The notes beneath the pieces are model-generated. The model had not been told where the DNA came from and searched no databases. It saw only the letters and a list, made by a program, of their open reading frames with translations. A stretch of 64,000 nucleotides of DNA from Candidatus Wallbacteria bacterium (GTDB taxonomy: Bacteria; Muiribacteriota; UBA6191; JACPRK01), in contig JACPRK010000146.1 of assembly GCA_016190005.1 (NCBI GenBank), forward strand, positions 12,518 through 76,517, written 5' to 3'. Of the stretch, positions 36,648-45,783 are shown one piece after another. Both the position numbers and the translations under genes were made by a program. Positions within the stretch are counted from its first letter, which is position 1. Every line of letters starts with the position of its first letter.

Positions 36648-38930
36648 ATGGAAGAGGAAAGACTCCCGCGCTACTTCGGCCGCTATGAGCTGGTGGGGGA
36701 GATCGGCGCGGGGGGGATGGGCGTCGTGATGAGGGGGTTCGATCCGCAGCTGAAGCGGGAGGTTGCGGTCAAGATTCTGCCCGTGCACCTGCGGAAAATC
36801 CCGACGGTGGCAGACCGATTCCGCCGGGAGGCGCTGGCGCTGGCGCGGCTGAGCCATCCGAACATCGTGCGGGTCTTCGACGTGGGAGAGGAGGGAAACT
36901 TCCTCTACTACGTGATGGAGCTGCTGCCCGGCGCCGGTCTGGACAAGCGGCGGGCGAAGGTCGAGGAAGGGCAGGCCGCGCCGGCCTTTCTGGCGCGCGA
37001 GTTCGTGGGCGTGTTCGCGCCGCTGGCCGACGCGCTGGCGATGGTGCACGAGGCAGGGCTGGTCCATCGCGATATCAAGCCTGCCAACATTCTGGCAGGA
37101 GTTCCCGAACGGGGGGCGGTCCTGACCGATTTCGGACTGGCCTGGCTGGACGATCAGAGCCAGCTGACTCAGAGCGGGCTGATCGTCGGGACGGGGCGCT
37201 ACATGGCGCCCGAGCAGCTCCAGGGCGAGCCGCCCGGGCCGCTCTGCGACCTCTACTCGCTGGGTGTGACGATGTGGGAGTACGCCACGGGGCGCGTGCC
37301 GTTCGAGGGCTTGCGGGGGGAGCAGCTGCTAGTCGGCAGGCTCTCGGCCACGCTGGCGCCGGTCGGCAAGATCGCGCCCAGGGTGCCGGCCGGATTGGCC
37401 GGGACGATCGACCGCTGCGTGGCGATGGATCCGGAGGACCGGTTCGAGAACGCGCGGGAGCTGGCCCGGGCCCTTCGGGGCGAGACCGGTTTACTCGAAA
37501 GCTCCGTCGACTCCACTCGACCACCGGCGCCGAGCGGTGCGCGGGCGGCGGCCCGAGGAACAGGGGGGCGGCTGTCGTTTGCGGCGAAAGGCGTGCCGGC
37601 GGCCAGACCGGAGGAGCCCGGGCCAGCGCCCGGGGATGGACGGCGCGTGGCCACCGGACTCGCGCTCCTCTTGGCAGCGGCGATCGCAGGCGCGGCCGGG
37701 GCGGTGGCGGTTCTGAGGCCGTCCGCGCCGGTGGTCGAGGAGCAGCTGGAGCCAGCACCGCCAGAGCCCAGGCCCGCGCCGGTAACCGAGGCGCCCAGGC
37801 CCAGGAACCCCGCGCCCTCGCCCGCGGCGCAGCGCCCGCCCGAGCCGACCGCGCGGGCACTCAAGACCGGACCTGCCCTCACGCTGGCGCCGGTCGAGGA
37901 GCGTGCCTGGCGCGCGGCCATGGCGCGGGACGGGGAGAAATTGATCGTGGCCTGGACGGCCGAGGCCGGGCGTGTGCGGCTGGCGGTGAGCGACGACGGC
38001 GGCGTTCGCTGGCGGCGGCTGCCCGCTGACGAGCGGCTGCGGTGCTTTCCGGTGGGGGAGCTGCGAATGGCCGCGAGCCCGGGCCGAGTCCATCTGGTCT
38101 ACGTGGGTCCCGGCCAGCAGGCGAGCCCATGGGTCTACGCGGCCTCGGCTCCGTCGGCGACGCTCGCCTTCGAGCCGCCTGTCCCGCTTGGCAGCGCGTA
38201 CAGGACGGAGCTGGTGCCCGCGCTTGCCTGGGGCGCCCAGCCGGAAGGGCCGAGCTGGCTGCTGGCAGCCTGGCAGTCGTACTCCTCCCGAGGAATCGAG
38301 GCCGCCTGGAGCACCGATGGTGGCAAGAGCTGGGGGCCGGCCGCCAAGATCCCCGGAACCGACGCCAACACGCACTGGCCCGCCGTCGCCGTGTTGCCGG
38401 ACGCCGCCGTGCTCGTCTGGCAGCGGGAGAACGACGACATCCGTTCGTCAACGCTCCACGTCGTGCGGTCTCGCGGGCCTGCGGCCCCGTGGTCGGCCCC
38501 GCAGACGCTCGTCGTCACCTCCCCCGGCATCGACCGAGGATTTGCCTCGATGGCCGCCGACGGGCGGCTCCTGCACTTGCAGTGGTCAGAGAAATCATTC
38601 ACGGGCCGGCGGATGGTCTACACGCAGAGCCACGACGGCGGCCGTACATTCGGATCCGGACGCCTCGTCGGCAGCTGGCCTTGCAACGATCGCCGCAACG
38701 CGCTCGTCGCGCTCGGATCTCGCCTCTGGTCGACCTGGGAGGACAAGACCGCCCGGGAGAACAAGTGGGCCACCAGCTCCGACGGGGGCCGAACGTGGAC
38801 CCGCGAATCGACCCTCTACCCCTTTGTCTCACTGTCGAAACCTGCCTCTCTCGCGCTCGACTCGGCCGGCCGCTGCTGGGCCGTCTGGGCTGGGGAGGGC
38901 GGCGACGTGCAGGCCTCTGGACTCCCGTGA
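36648..38930 (+). CDS. Ser/Thr receptor kinase with extracellular BNR/Asp-box beta-propeller
   Basis: GAGGMG, HRDIKPANIL, DFGLA, YMAPE; TM; Pro-rich linker; SDDGGVRW, STDGGKSW, SHDGGRTF, SSDGGRTW. Confidence 0.9.
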   Translation: MEEERLPRYFGRYELVGEIGAGGMGVVMRGFDPQLKREVAVKILPVHLRKIPTVADRFRREALALARLSHPNIVRVFDVGEEGNFLYYVMELLPGAGLDKRRAKVEEGQAAPAFLAREFVGVFAPLADALAMVHEAGLVHRDIKPANILAGVPERGAVLTDFGLAWLDDQSQLTQSGLIVGTGRYMAPEQLQGEPPGPLCDLYSLGVTMWEYATGRVPFEGLRGEQLLVGRLSATLAPVGKIAPRVPAGLAGTIDRCVAMDPEDRFENARELARALRGETGLLESSVDSTRPPAPSGARAAARGTGGRLSFAAKGVPAARPEEPGPAPGDGRRVATGLALLLAAAIAGAAGAVAVLRPSAPVVEEQLEPAPPEPRPAPVTEAPRPRNPAPSPAAQRPPEPTARALKTGPALTLAPVEERAWRAAMARDGEKLIVAWTAEAGRVRLAVSDDGGVRWRRLPADERLRCFPVGELRMAASPGRVHLVYVGPGQQASPWVYAASAPSATLAFEPPVPLGSAYRTELVPALAWGAQPEGPSWLLAAWQSYSSRGIEAAWSTDGGKSWGPAAKIPGTDANTHWPAVAVLPDAAVLVWQRENDDIRSSTLHVVRSRGPAAPWSAPQTLVVTSPGIDRGFASMAADGRLLHLQWSEKSFTGRRMVYTQSHDGGRTFGSGRLVGSWPCNDRRNALVALGSRLWSTWEDKTARENKWATSSDGGRTWTRESTLYPFVSLSKPASLALDSAGRCWAVWAGEGGDVQASGLP

Positions 38931-38992
38931 CAGGCGCATGAAAAGCAAGACACAAACCATCATGAAGTCGGAGATTTTGTCGCCCCGAGTGC

Positions 38993-39020
38993 TTGATTAA
39001 CGTCGGGCTCGGAGTAAACT
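38993..39020 (+). promoter_or_regulatory. Possible sigma70 promoter for the prkA-like operon
   Basis: TTGATT-N16-TAAACT in an AT-richer intergenic tract. Confidence 0.35.
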
Positions 39021-39095
39021 GACCGTAGCGGCAAGCGCCCCTTGCCGCCTCATTTCTGGATTTTCAGCCCCCTCGAGGGGAAGAGAGCGCCCCCC

Positions 39096-40811
39096 ATGTC
39101 AGAGACCGCCAAATCCAAGTCGAACGGCCTCGAGTCGATCGCGACCGTCGGGGACTACATCGCCGCCAGTGGCCGCAACCCTCGCCTGCGGCGCAACACC
39201 CACCATTACATCTCCGACATGCTGGACCACTTCGGGCCGGACGTGGTCTTCGAGGGGATCTTCGGCCTCGAGGACCAGATCAAGAACGTGGTCCTCTTCT
39301 TCCACGCGCATGGGACCAGCCTGGAGCGCCGTCTGCTCCTGTTCGTCGGGCCGCAGGGGGCCGGCAAGTCCTACATGGTCGACAAGATCAAGAAGCACCT
39401 CGACCTCTACAGCCATACGGAGGTCGGCGCGCTCTGGGGGGTCATCGGCTGCCCGTTCCACCAGCACCCCTTCGACTTGATCCCCCACACTCAGCGCGAT
39501 CAGATCAAGGAGAAGATGGGCATCCGTTGGTTCCCGGAGGCCATACCCTGCCCCGTCTGCGAGCAAAAGATCCGCAAGCACGGCTCCTGGGATGCGGTGC
39601 CGGTGGAGCGCATTCACATTTCGACCACCGGCAAGTGCGGCCTGGCCAAGCACACGCCGACCGACCTGCGTCGCGAGGACATCACCAACTTCCTGGGGAA
39701 CATCAACTTCTCCAAGCTCAAGAAGATCGGCTCCACTTACGACCCCGAATCGTTCGACTTCGAGGGGAAGATCATCTGGGCCAATCGCGGTCTGCTCGAC
39801 TGGACGGAGATCTTCAAGAGCCGCCGCCAGCTCCTGGGGCTGCTGCTGGAGCTGATCCAGAGCAAGCGGATCGACATGGCCAACTTCCCCACCGTGCATG
39901 TCGACGAGATCGTGCTCGGGCACACGAATTTCCCCGAGTACCAGGTGTTCGTCAACGAGGAGATCATGGAGCCGCTCCGGGGCCGAATCTTCAAGATCGA
40001 GTTCCCCTACGGCTTGGACGTCGATAACGAGAAGCACATCTACCGCAAGTTCATCGAGCGCACGGATCACCTCACCGGCCAGACCAAGCACGTCTCCGAG
40101 GACACGCTCTCCTTCGTCTCGACCTACGCCGTGAAGACGCGGCGCGAGACGAAGGGGATGAACGGCCTGTCTCCCAGGTTCTTTCAGGATGTGATGTCGG
40201 TCGCCTACACGCAGGCCGAGGAGTGCATCGACATCGAGACGGTCAGCACCGCCATCCTCAAGATGTTCGACCACAAGTCCCACAAGGACCTGAACGTCGA
40301 CAAGATGAAGGAGATCTTCGAGAAGACCAAGGAGGAGTTCTTCCACGAGCGCGTGGAGACCTTCATCAACCGCATCATCCCGACCAACAAGCAGTTCACC
40401 GACTACGGGCAGAAGTTCTACCGGAACTACCTCGACGCCGTCGCGCGCAACGTCCGGGGTGACAAGCTGAGCCCGACCGAGGAAGGCCTGATCCAGGAGG
40501 TGGAGGACCTGCTGGTCGCCAAGGAGAAGATCAGCCCGAAGGGGAAGGCCGCCTTCGAATCGGTGCTCGTGGAGCGTTACGAAGAGCTGGAGAAGATGCC
40601 CTACGACAAGAACGAGCAGCTCGGCGTCGTCATCAACGAGGTGGTCTTCAACCACGTGAAGAACTTCCTGCGCCTCTCCAACAAGACCAAGCGCATCGAC
40701 GAGCAGAGCCGCGAGGTCCAGAAGATCCTGCGCGACTGCCTCATCAAGGACTACGGCTACTGCAAGCACTGCTCCCAGGTGCTCTTCAAGGTGCTGGGGG
40801 AGCACATCTGA
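39096..40811 (+). CDS. prkA: PrkA/YeaG-family AAA+ ATPase, divergent
   Basis: IFGLED, Walker A GPQGAGKS, CPFHQHP, CPVC, ANRGLLDWTEIFK, GHTN, GMNGLSPRF, YGYCKHCS. Confidence 0.85.
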   Translation: MSETAKSKSNGLESIATVGDYIAASGRNPRLRRNTHHYISDMLDHFGPDVVFEGIFGLEDQIKNVVLFFHAHGTSLERRLLLFVGPQGAGKSYMVDKIKKHLDLYSHTEVGALWGVIGCPFHQHPFDLIPHTQRDQIKEKMGIRWFPEAIPCPVCEQKIRKHGSWDAVPVERIHISTTGKCGLAKHTPTDLRREDITNFLGNINFSKLKKIGSTYDPESFDFEGKIIWANRGLLDWTEIFKSRRQLLGLLLELIQSKRIDMANFPTVHVDEIVLGHTNFPEYQVFVNEEIMEPLRGRIFKIEFPYGLDVDNEKHIYRKFIERTDHLTGQTKHVSEDTLSFVSTYAVKTRRETKGMNGLSPRFFQDVMSVAYTQAEECIDIETVSTAILKMFDHKSHKDLNVDKMKEIFEKTKEEFFHERVETFINRIIPTNKQFTDYGQKFYRNYLDAVARNVRGDKLSPTEEGLIQEVEDLLVAKEKISPKGKAAFESVLVERYEELEKMPYDKNEQLGVVINEVVFNHVKNFLRLSNKTKRIDEQSREVQKILRDCLIKDYGYCKHCSQVLFKVLGEHI

Positions 40812-40815
40812 AGAA

Positions 40816-40986
40816 GACAGTAGTCAGTAGACAGTAGTCAGTAGGAGGCCCGTCGAGAGTGTTGCGTAGTTTGGGACTGCCACCGACAGCAGCGCGCCTA
40901 CCCGAGGCCCCCATGAATCTCTCCGAGTGCCGCACTCACCTACTGACTACTGGCTACTGACTACTGGCTACTGACTACTGGCTACT
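40816..40986. repeat. Inverted pair of heptamer arrays flanking a 95-nt unique segment
   Basis: (GACAGTA GTCAGTA)x2 at 40816-40843; (CTACTGA CTACTGG)x3 plus CTACT at 40940-40986; the arms are mutually complementary. Confidence 0.85.
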
Positions 40987-40997
40987 CACTCCTCCCC

Positions 40998-42131
40998 ATG
41001 TACCTAGACCGCGGAAAGCTCGCCCAGATCGAGCATGACCGGAAGCTGAGGGAGTACCTCAAGAAGAACCTCAACGTCCTCGTGCAACGCCAGAAGCTGG
41101 TCAAGGATGGGAAGGTCAAGACCAACATCAGCGTGCTCGACCTGCCGACGCTCAAGTACGGAAAGCCCGAGAAAGAGGTCCTCGGCAGCGGCAGCGGCCA
41201 GAGCGGCAAAGGCAAACAGGGCAAGGGGGGCAAGGACCAGGGCGACGGCGAGCCGCAGGAGATCCTCGACCTCTCGGGCACGCTCGGCAGCGACGATCAC
41301 TCCGAATCGCAGCTCGTGGAGCTCGACTTCGACGAGTTCGTCCGGCTGGCCCAGGAGCAGCTGATCGAGGAGCTGAACCTGCCGCCCATCGGCCGCGCCC
41401 AGATCACGGGCGACGTCGAGCGGGAGGAGGAACAGGACCTGATGGACCTGGACCGTCCGGGCTCTCAGGCCGACCTGAACCTGGAGCTGACGATGCTCGA
41501 GAGCCTGGGCCGGTCGATCCGTGAGACCGGCCGCCCGGACTACGACGTCGATCTGCGGCACGACGGCTGGTACAACACCGAGCTCCCCGAGGAAGAGCGG
41601 ACCACGCGCGCGCTGGAGGTCTACCTGCTCGATATCTCGGGCAGCGTCAGCGGCCACAACATCGCACTCATCCGCAAATTCATCTTCATCCTCTGGTACT
41701 ACCTGGAGCACAAGTACACGACGAACGTCCGCAAGTTCGTGGTCTTCCAGGACGAGGCCGAGGAGGTGCAGCGCGACGAGTTCTTCAGCATCGAGTCGAA
41801 GGGCGGCACGCACATCTCCGCGGGCCTGGGCCGGGCCAAGGCGATCCTCGAAGGCCACGCGCAGTACGACCGCTACCTCTTCTTCTTCTCCGACGGAGAC
41901 AACAGCTCCAGCGACGATGACGCGGCGCGTAAGGAGCTCGACGAGGTGCTGGAGAAGTTCGACCTCGTCTGCTACGGCCGGATCAACCCGTGCGACAGCC
42001 CGGTCAGCCCGTTCAACAAGCTGGTGCGCGAGAAGGTCGCGTCCGTCAAGAACCTGGCTTTCAGCGACATCAAGGACCTGGAGAACGTCAAGCAGACCAT
42101 CCAGGGGTTCCTGAACCTGATCTCGAAGTAG
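40998..42131 (+). CDS. yeaH: YeaH/YhbH (DUF444) vWA-domain protein
   Basis: Gly-rich linker, EELNLP, MIDAS LLDISGS, FF..ESKGGTHIS, YLFFFSDGDN. Confidence 0.85.
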   Translation: MYLDRGKLAQIEHDRKLREYLKKNLNVLVQRQKLVKDGKVKTNISVLDLPTLKYGKPEKEVLGSGSGQSGKGKQGKGGKDQGDGEPQEILDLSGTLGSDDHSESQLVELDFDEFVRLAQEQLIEELNLPPIGRAQITGDVEREEEQDLMDLDRPGSQADLNLELTMLESLGRSIRETGRPDYDVDLRHDGWYNTELPEEERTTRALEVYLLDISGSVSGHNIALIRKFIFILWYYLEHKYTTNVRKFVVFQDEAEEVQRDEFFSIESKGGTHISAGLGRAKAILEGHAQYDRYLFFFSDGDNSSSDDDAARKELDEVLEKFDLVCYGRINPCDSPVSPFNKLVREKVASVKNLAFSDIKDLENVKQTIQGFLNLISK

Positions 42132-42163
42132 TGGAGCCCGCCGAGCTCCGGGATGCCACGAAC

Positions 42164-43465
42164 ATGACAGCAGCCGACAACGCCGGACCCACGCTCGAGG
42201 ACGAGCTCGACGCGACGCTGCCTCCCGGGCCGAGCATGGCCCCCACCGAGGAGACTCGTCTGAGCGAGTATTCGCGCGAGATCGAGCAGCTCACGCACGT
42301 GGCCGAAGGGTTCGGGCTCTCCTTCCATCCGATCTCGTTCCGCCGGGCCAGCCGCGACAACCTCTCTCTCGTGGCCAGCTTCGGGTTGCCGAACCGGTTC
42401 AGCCACTGGTACTTCGGCGGCATCTACAAGAACCTCAAGATCCAGCAGGACGAGCAGCTCTTCAGCATCCTGGAGCTCGTGCTCAACACCAACCCGGTTT
42501 ACGCCTTCCTGCTCGACACCAACACGCACCTGGAGAACCTGGTCGTCATCGCGCACGTGCTGGGGCACGTCGACTTCTTCAAGAACAACTGCTGGTACAC
42601 GCGCAGCGACCAGAACATGCTCAACAAGTGCGAGCTCCACTCGCGCACGTTGCGCCACCTGGGCGACAAGTTCGGCAAGGAGAAGGTCGACGCCGTCATC
42701 GCCGCCGCGCTCACCGTCTGTGGCAGCGTCAACAGCTTCGAGCAGAACCCGCACTTCAAGCGGGAGCGGCTGCTCTACTTCCTCAACGAGCAGCTCGACA
42801 AGCGCGCTCGCAAGGTCCGCCGCTCCGACCCGGCCTGGACCGACACTTACCTGGCTTCGCGCATCCTCGGAATGATCTGCGAGGAGACCGAGTACTTCGA
42901 CCTGATCGGCCGCACCCAGATCATCAACGAGGGCTGGGCCAGCTTCATCGAGTTCAAGGTGCTCGAGAAGTTCCTCGACCCCTCGCAGTGGCTGGCCTTC
43001 AGCCTGCTCTTCTCGAAGCGCCCCCCGCCGTATCTGATCGGATTCACCCTCTTCGACAGCATCTTCAAGCAGCGCGGCTGGGACGGAGTGCTGCAGGTGC
43101 GCAGGAGCTACGAGGACATCGCATTCGTTGATCAGTTCCTCACGCAGGAGCTGTCACGGCGGTTGGACCTGTTCATGTTGGACAAGGAAAGCGGTGAAAA
43201 GGACTACGACGCGCGCAAGGTGAAGGAGCGTATCATCGAGGAGAAGCTCTTCAAGGGCGAGCCTCAGGTCCGCGTCACCGATTTCAACCCGGACACGCTC
43301 GCCGTCACGCTGAAGCACTCGGACGAGGAGCGCACGCTGGACAAGAAGCGATGCGAGCTCTTCCTGAAGGAAGTCCACCTTCTCTGGCCAAACGAGATCA
43401 CGCTGCTCGATAACGAGAACATCTACCGGATCAACCAGCGCGGGTTCTCGCTCGAGAGGAAGTAG
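42164..43465 (+). CDS. spoVR: SpoVR/YcgB family protein, compact
   Basis: GLPNRFSHWYFG, ELVLNTNPVYAFL, VIAHVLGHVDFFKNN, TQIINEGWAS; start 42131 (GTG) or 42164. Confidence 0.88.
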   Translation: MTAADNAGPTLEDELDATLPPGPSMAPTEETRLSEYSREIEQLTHVAEGFGLSFHPISFRRASRDNLSLVASFGLPNRFSHWYFGGIYKNLKIQQDEQLFSILELVLNTNPVYAFLLDTNTHLENLVVIAHVLGHVDFFKNNCWYTRSDQNMLNKCELHSRTLRHLGDKFGKEKVDAVIAAALTVCGSVNSFEQNPHFKRERLLYFLNEQLDKRARKVRRSDPAWTDTYLASRILGMICEETEYFDLIGRTQIINEGWASFIEFKVLEKFLDPSQWLAFSLLFSKRPPPYLIGFTLFDSIFKQRGWDGVLQVRRSYEDIAFVDQFLTQELSRRLDLFMLDKESGEKDYDARKVKERIIEEKLFKGEPQVRVTDFNPDTLAVTLKHSDEERTLDKKRCELFLKEVHLLWPNEITLLDNENIYRINQRGFSLERK

Positions 43466-43531
43466 GCGGGAGGTGCGCGGCTGGCTCCGGCGGCGGGCGC
43501 GCGGTACTATGGCCGGGCGCGACTCGACACC

Positions 43532-44170
43532 ATGAAACCGCTGAAGCGACTGTGGGCCAAGCTTACCGGGAAGCCCGATCCGGACGATCCGCGGCAGATC
43601 TTCGAGGCGACCCTGGCGGACTTCCGGGAGAAGTACCGCAAGAGCCGCGACCTGGTCGCCGGGGTGCTGAGACAGCGGGACCAGGTCCGGGCAGCGCTCG
43701 ACCAGAAGCGGGCCGAGCTCGAGGGCGTGCAGACCCAGGCGCGTCAGGCCGTCCAGTCCGGAGACGATGCAACGGCGCTCAGGTTCCTGGAGCGCGAGCC
43801 GATGCTGGAGCGGACCGTTGCCGACCTGGGCCGGCGCTACGAGATGCTGGAGCGCGAGGCCGCCCGCGCCCGCGAGGTCCTCCTGGAGCTGGACGCCGAA
43901 GTCGACCGGCTGGAGCGCGATAGGGACCGGGCGGCCTACCTCGACCAGACGGCCGATGCCCACGCCAGCCTGCGCTCGATGGTCCGCGACCTGGAATCCG
44001 GCACTGCATCGCCGGCGGTCGACCGGGCCCGCTCGTCGCTAGAGCATTCCGCTCTCACGCAGTCCATCGCCCACGACTTGGACGAGGCCGACCGGCGCGA
44101 TTCTTCGTCGACCGCGCCCACGTCAGCGCAGGAGAGGCTCAAGGCGCTGAAGGGGAGGCTCGAGAAGTGA
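43532..44170 (+). CDS. pspA: PspA/IM30 family coiled-coil protein
   Basis: N-terminal amphipathic MKPLKRLWAKL, DP, ARQAVQSGDDATA, C-terminal ERLKALK. Confidence 0.75.
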   Translation: MKPLKRLWAKLTGKPDPDDPRQIFEATLADFREKYRKSRDLVAGVLRQRDQVRAALDQKRAELEGVQTQARQAVQSGDDATALRFLEREPMLERTVADLGRRYEMLEREAARAREVLLELDAEVDRLERDRDRAAYLDQTADAHASLRSMVRDLESGTASPAVDRARSSLEHSALTQSIAHDLDEADRRDSSSTAPTSAQERLKALKGRLEK

Positions 44171-44323
44171 GGCTTGGGGGAGCAGGCTTGAGGCTTGAGG
44201 CTTGAGGGATCAGGCTTCAGGAGTCAGGAGTCAGGGGTGAGGGGACAGGGCCAAGCGCTGGGGGAGTCGTGTCCAGTCCGCTCCTACTGTCTACTGGCTA
44301 CTGACTGCTGGCTACTGACTACT
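44168..44323. repeat. Two heptamer arrays between convergent genes
   Basis: GGCTTGA/GGATCA/GGAGTCA units at ~44168-44250; CTACTGT CTACTGG CTACTGA CTGCTGG CTACTGA CTACT at 44284-44323. Confidence 0.8.
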
Positions 44324-44333
44324 CCCTCCCCCC

Positions 44334-45152
44334 CTACGCGGACGCGTCCGCAACGGGCATCGCCGCGGCCTGGGCTTCGGCTTCGAGCTTCTTGTCGAGG
44401 ATCTCGTCGACTTCGAGCGCCAGCGTTACGTTGTCGAAGGGCTTCTTGATGACCTTGGCCACGTGGAACTTCTTGAGCTTGTCCAGCTCGCGCTTGTTGC
44501 TGAGGCCGGTCAGCACGATGACGGGGATCTGCTTCGTCCCGTCGTCGGCCCGCAGCTTCTCCAGGAGCTGAAAGCCGTCCACTTTCGGCATGACCAGATC
44601 CAGGATGATGAGCGACGGACCCAGCAGCATGGCTCGCTCGAAGGCACTCTCGCCGTCGAGCGCCGTGTTGACCTTATAGCCGCGTTGTTCCAGCGCGAAC
44701 CGTATCAGGTTCACGGTCAGAACGCTGTCGTCGGCGACCAGGATCAGCTCCTCGCTCTTGCGCTCGTAGGTGTCGAACAGCGCCTTGACCTTGTCGGGCA
44801 AGTAGCGCAGCTCGGGGCCCTTCACGATGTAATCATTCACCCCACACTCGAAGGCGCGGTCGATGTCGACCTCGCTCTCTCGGGAGCTGATCATGATGAT
44901 CGGGATATGGCCCGTCGAGGTGTTCTCCTTGATGAGACGGGCCAGCATGTAGCCGTTCGTGTCCGGAAGCTCCGTCGCCAGAATGATGAGCGAGGGCAAG
45001 TCCGCAGGACTGCGCGCGCTCAGGTGGACCATCGCTTCCTTGGCCGTGCGGCACGGGATGACCTCCGCGCCCTCTCCGGAGAACTTGAGGGCTTTGAGGA
45101 TAATGTCCTGGAGCAAGTAGCTCTGCTCAACGGCGAGTATGCGCTTTTTCAT
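44334..45152 (-). CDS. Tandem receiver-domain protein (pseudo-REC + REC, no output domain)
   Basis: REC1 ILAVEQS...IILATELP (Asp replaced by Ala); REC2 ILVADDS...IILDLVMPKVDG...KKPF. Confidence 0.85.
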   Translation of the reverse strand: MKKRILAVEQSYLLQDIILKALKFSGEGAEVIPCRTAKEAMVHLSARSPADLPSLIILATELPDTNGYMLARLIKENTSTGHIPIIMISSRESEVDIDRAFECGVNDYIVKGPELRYLPDKVKALFDTYERKSEELILVADDSVLTVNLIRFALEQRGYKVNTALDGESAFERAMLLGPSLIILDLVMPKVDGFQLLEKLRADDGTKQIPVIVLTGLSNKRELDKLKKFHVAKVIKKPFDNVTLALEVDEILDKKLEAEAQAAAMPVADASA

Positions 45153-45228
45153 CAGCCTCCCTGGTGACGAGATCCCGACCCGGATACCCCCCGACCCCTT
45201 TTTACTATGATACACTCCGCACTTACAC

Positions 45229-45783
45229 ATGAGGAGCCCCCATCACCAGTTCCGGATCGCGCTCGCGGGCCTTTTTGCCGCACTCGCGTTCGTTCTTGGC
45301 CGCATGCCTCGACCGCCAGGTGTCGAATGTGTGACATTTTCGGTGTTTGTGGCGGGCTACGTCGGCGGGGCGTTCGTCGGCGGCGTCTGCGGCGCCATCC
45401 TCACCATCCTCCAGATCACCTTCGGGGGGGGCGCCAACATTATCCTGGCGATGGCCCAGCTCGTCGGCTTCTCCACCGCCGGCGCCGCCGGCCACTGGGT
45501 CGCGGGCCGGCCGCCGTCATTCGGAGTGCTCGGGCTGACGGGGGTTGCCCTCACGGTCTGGTATGAGCTCTTGGTGAACCTGGCGCTCATTCCGGGCAGC
45601 GGTCTGTCTGCCTATCAGATCTTCGCGGCTGGCGCGCTTTTCAGCCTGGCCCACATCCTCAACAACGCCGTCGTCTTCGAGGTCGGCCGCTACCTGCTGT
45701 TCGCGCTGGAGCGACACCCCGCCTTCGCCGCGTTCCGCCGGTCCTGTGCTCTCGAAGCGGGCGCAGGCCTCAAACCGGTTTGA
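45229..45783 (+). CDS. ECF transporter S component
   Basis: 184 aa, about 6 TM, ALAGLFAALAFV TM1, G...G..G motif, AHILNN; stop overlaps the larC start. Confidence 0.7.
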   Translation: MRSPHHQFRIALAGLFAALAFVLGRMPRPPGVECVTFSVFVAGYVGGAFVGGVCGAILTILQITFGGGANIILAMAQLVGFSTAGAAGHWVAGRPPSFGVLGLTGVALTVWYELLVNLALIPGSGLSAYQIFAAGALFSLAHILNNAVVFEVGRYLLFALERHPAFAAFRRSCALEAGAGLKPV

